Shown here in pieces: positions 59,993 through 64,000 of a stretch of 64,000 bases of DNA. This DNA comes from the human T2T-CHM13v2.0 reference genome, Homo sapiens. Numbering within the stretch: position 1 is the first letter of the stretch; every line of letters starts with the position of its first letter. The notes beneath the pieces are model-generated. The model was not told the DNA's origin. It worked only from the letters and a program-made list of their open reading frames with translations, and ran no database searches. The DNA is taken from NCBI RefSeq assembly GCF_009914755.1, contig NC_060942.1. One strand, 5' to 3'. Position numbers and translations under genes: made by a program.

Positions 59993-61567
59993 ATCCAATC
60001 AACACATGAAGAGATACTTGGCATCATTAGTCATCAGAGAAATGCAGATTAAAACCATAATGAAACTCCTGCATATAACCCCTAGAATGGCTAAAGTTAA
60101 AAAGACTGAAACACCAAACACTGGCAAGGATGTAAAGCAATTAAACCTCTCGTACAATGTTGGCTGGAGTGTAAAATGGGCCATTTACTTTTGGAAAAGA
60201 TGTGGCAGTTTGTTTTTAAAGTTAAACATTCGCCTATCCTTTGATCCAGTAGTTCTACAGATATTAGCCAAGAAAAACAAAAGCCTACATCCTCAAAAAG
60301 ACTTGTAAAAGATAGTTCATAGATGCTTTATTAGTAATAGACCAAAGCTGGAAACAACCTAAATGTCCTTCACTGGGTGAATGTATAAATAAATTGGCAT
60401 GTTCATACATACAATGAAACACTACTAAGCAATAAAAAAATAAACTACTGAAACATGCAACACCATGGATAATCTCACATACATTTGCTAAGGCACGATG
60501 TTGATACTGAAGAATACACGTTTTATGATTTCATTAATATGAAGTTCTAGAACAAGCAAAACAAATCTGTGGTGAAAACATCAAAAACAGTGGTTGGTTT
60601 TAAGGTTAGGAGGACTAATGGGGAAAGAAATATAATTAATTGGACATTTGATGCATATGACAATTTGTGCATTTCAAGGTATGTAAATTTTACTTTTATG
60701 AAACACTGAATAAATAAACTCTAGTTAGTAGGTTTCAATTTTCTGGGGTACATATTAGCATCTTTAAAACTACTTCCTGTATTCTTGGCTTGAGCAAATG
60801 TGTCAATATACTGAGGATAATGGTAGCCAGTTTTTCATATGAGAAATTGACTTGCAAATACAGACACGAGGAAGTCTAGAATGTTCTCTGTGCTGTTGGA
60901 TTGGACTTGAAGGAAGGTATCAGTATGAAGTTGTTTTTTAAAAAAAGGATATTGAAATAAATAAAAATGTGTTTGTTTACATATGTGCATAAATATTTTA
61001 CCCTATTCTATTCCATTTCCTATCTCTGCCCATTGAGAGGGCCTAGAAGCAAAGACATACAAGTGGGAATAAACATAGCTAACACTCAGATCTTGGTTTC
61101 TCAGCATCATTCTCCACTAAAAGGAACCACTTATTGAATAAATCAGTGATTCCAGGCTTGGGTTAGGGGCAGGAGATGGGGGTGGCAGGGAGTAGAGAAA
61201 GAGCTTGGAAAACTTTATGCCACAAAGTTTAAAAAGTATTCAAAGAATCTCGGGGACGTGTCAAATCAACATGAGTGCCAACTGGCAGAGGCTCTCACAG
61301 AACAAATCTGGGGCAATATAAGCATCAAAAAAAAGATATAACCCATTAAAAAATTAGAATCCATAAGCCTGTGCTGATATAAATATTAAATGAATAAATC
61401 AATAAACAGGGGAAAAGGAAAAGGTCTTCCATATGGTAAACTATCAATAGAAAGATAGAAGGAAGAATGGAATTACAAAATCATTAATGGATGCTAAAAT
61501 TAGCAAGTGAAATGTTGGTAAGGAAAAGGATATTCACGTATCTCAAATTAGCTTTCAAGAAAAATAC

Positions 61568-61835
61568 TTTTTTTTTTCTTTTAGATGGAGCCTCACTCTG
61601 TCACCCAGGCTGGAGTGCAGTGGCACGACGATCTCAGCTCACTGCAGCCTCCACCTGCCGGATTCAAGCGATATTCTCCTGCCTCAGCCTCCCAAATAGC
61701 TGAGATTACAGGTGCGTGCCATCACGCCCAGCTAATTTTCTATATTTTTAGTAGAGACAGGGTTTCCGCCATGTTGGTCAGGCTGGTCTCAAACTCCTGA
61801 CCTCAGGTGATCCGCCCACCTCAGCCTCCCAAAGT
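61568..61835 (-). mobile_element. AluSx-like lacking about 40 nt of its 5' end
   Basis: Reverse dimer ending 'cctcccaaagt'. Confidence 0.92.
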
Positions 61836-62515
61836 ACTTATTAATTACAAAGGGAAAATTGGCAGACTCCACTTTTACCAAGTCATCAAATCTAATATCA
61901 CCAATATTGAAACAGACACCATGTGCGTCCTGAAAAGATGTACAGAGAAAGGCACAACATCACTTTGGTAGTATTTCTGAAAATATATATAACCTGGATC
62001 TTATCATGAGGAAATATCAGAAAACCCCAAACTGTGGGTAATTCTCCAGAATCAGTGTCAGGTTAAAATATGTAAGTGCCCAATTTTTTTTGAAAACTTA
62101 AAAAAAAATACCTTTTTAAGTTACAGGCACATTATGGTGGATCAACAATACTTCCTTGCTTTGATATTTTTAAATGTGAAAGGATATTTATAGGCAGATA
62201 ACCCGAAGCTGAGAGCTAATATCATAGAAGAGTGAACATTTTAAAAAATCATAGGGCCAACAGCATGAATTGAAGCTAAAAGTTTATAAGGTATTACATT
62301 GGCATGGAAACAATATTCCTACTGCTCTCCCCGGTTAAACAACACTAATTGAGGTACACTTGGAAACTAGAAGGTATCTGGGGATATAGTTCAGTGTGCA
62401 GAGTGAGAATTCTAGTTCATCTCAAATGTTGGTTTTAATTCTATCATTTCAATATTCAGCGAAAGTACATGAAAAAATTAAAGATTCAGCTTCAAGAAGT
62501 TTACACACAACTACA

Positions 62516-62689
62516 TTTTTTCTTTTTTTTTTTTTTAAGACAGAGTCTCACTCTATTGCCCAGGCTGGAGTGCAGTGGCACTATCTCAACTCACTGCAAC
62601 CTCTCCGCCTCCCAGGTTCAAGCGATTCTCGTGCCTCAGCCTCCCGAGTAGCTGGGATTCCAGACACATGCCACCATGCCCGGCTAATT
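62516..62689 (-). mobile_element. Alu right monomer only (5'-truncated insertion)
   Basis: Poly-T to 'cccggctaatt'; perfect TSD cacaactacatttt. Confidence 0.92.
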
Positions 62690-64000
62690 CACAACTACAT
62701 TTTGAAGAGGTAGCCACAGTTTCAGGCAGCCAGGGGACAGCAAAGAAAATTAGACTGCCATACCAGTCCAAGGAAGATCATAAGACCAGAAGTCCATTGA
62801 GGAGGCAATTTCATGCAGGGAGAAAATTATCAACACCAAATACATCTACATAATATAAAAACTATAATTACTGTTACCTTTGTTGTTAGGGGTATATGTG
62901 TGTGTGTGTGACTGTCTAGATTCAGTGCTAGTTTTTAACGTTGGCCAAAGACCAAAGGCCATAGATAAAGCCTTTATCTAAAGCATTATCTAATGAAAAA
63001 AGCTTTATAAAGTATTCAATCTCTTCATTTTAAGTTATATAGAAATTTAGAATCTGCTGTGATAAAACTCCTGACAGATAATTTTCTTTACGACATTAGA
63101 TTGAAAACAAATTCAGACCTATGTTCAAGAAAGGAACTTAGATGTTGATTTGTAACATGCCCATGTTATGATTTGTAATTTTAAAAAACACTATTTGTAA
63201 TGTAGTCTTGTAGTTATCATCAAAAATGCCATGTAAAAAACTGTATGAAATCATAAGTCTGTAGATCAGGTTCTCAGTCTTCTTTTTGCCTACCTTTCTT
63301 CCTTTGAGCAAAGTCTTATTTAACAAATTCTGATTCTTGAAGTTCCTTGTCTTGAAATCATTAGTTTTTTTTTTTTTTGTCTGTTTGTTTGTTTTTTTTG
63401 GTTTGTTTGTTTTTGGTACAATTTGGTGCCCAAAAATCCTAAAAAAGGGGCAGCAGGAGTTTGAACTACTTCAGCTCTGAAATTTAATTATGTGGATATA
63501 AGCCTCTCATTCTTAGGAGAATCAGCAATCTTTCGCACATCTGGCATGAGAAATATAGTATTTTAAGCCATTGGTGCTACATCTGTCAAAGCCATGTGCT
63601 TTTCCTAATTGTGGTAAGGAATAAGTAGTAATAATTGCATATAAATTCCACTCCCACCCCCCAGTTTTTGTTGCTTTTCATTTACTTTTTAACTCCTAAG
63701 AAAATAATGTGTCTAATTTTAAGGTGTAGGAATCTTAAGGTACTGTTCTTGGCTTTTGAAGTATAGTAGGTGATTTCCAATGATGAATGAAAATCAATTA
63801 AGCAGTTAGACCAATCAGGGAGATTAAAGAAGACTTACTTGGTTAAGGTGGAGTCTGCCTATTTTTCCCATGAAATTAAGTTATTTGGGGAGGTGTATTT
63901 TGAGATGTGTAAATATCATGTTTTTCCTCAAACTTTCATTCACTAGGTTTAGCATCCATGAATGATTTTCTAACTACATTATTCCTTACACATTTACTGG

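Overview
Primate (most likely human) euchromatic, repeat-dense non-coding DNA (intergenic or intronic). I can support no intact protein-coding gene, tRNA, rRNA or CRISPR array. Main content: the 3' 4.4 kb of a disabled L1PA3/PA4-like LINE-1; about 31 Alu copies or fragments (J and S lineages, no clear AluY), many with visible target-site duplications (TSDs); a full solo LTR12C (ERV9) at 44.8-46.3 kb; several MaLR LTRs (MLT1, THE1); Tigger3a, MER47A, MER5A and MADE1 DNA-transposon relics; MIR and L2 fragments; and a roughly 11.5 kb nested old-L1 block at 50.5-62 kb. The long ORFs in the track derive from L1, Alu or LTR sequence. I did not find a convincing novel biological system. The best leads are two candidate + strand exons (40657-40756, 42293-42433), a CpG-rich non-repeat patch at about 49.8 kb, the LTR12C promoter, a 70-bp microhomology-fused mini-Alu, overlapping hairpins at 29.4 kb and a motif amplification inside a THE1 LTR. 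Repeat subfamily names come from recalled consensus sequences and boundaries are approximate.
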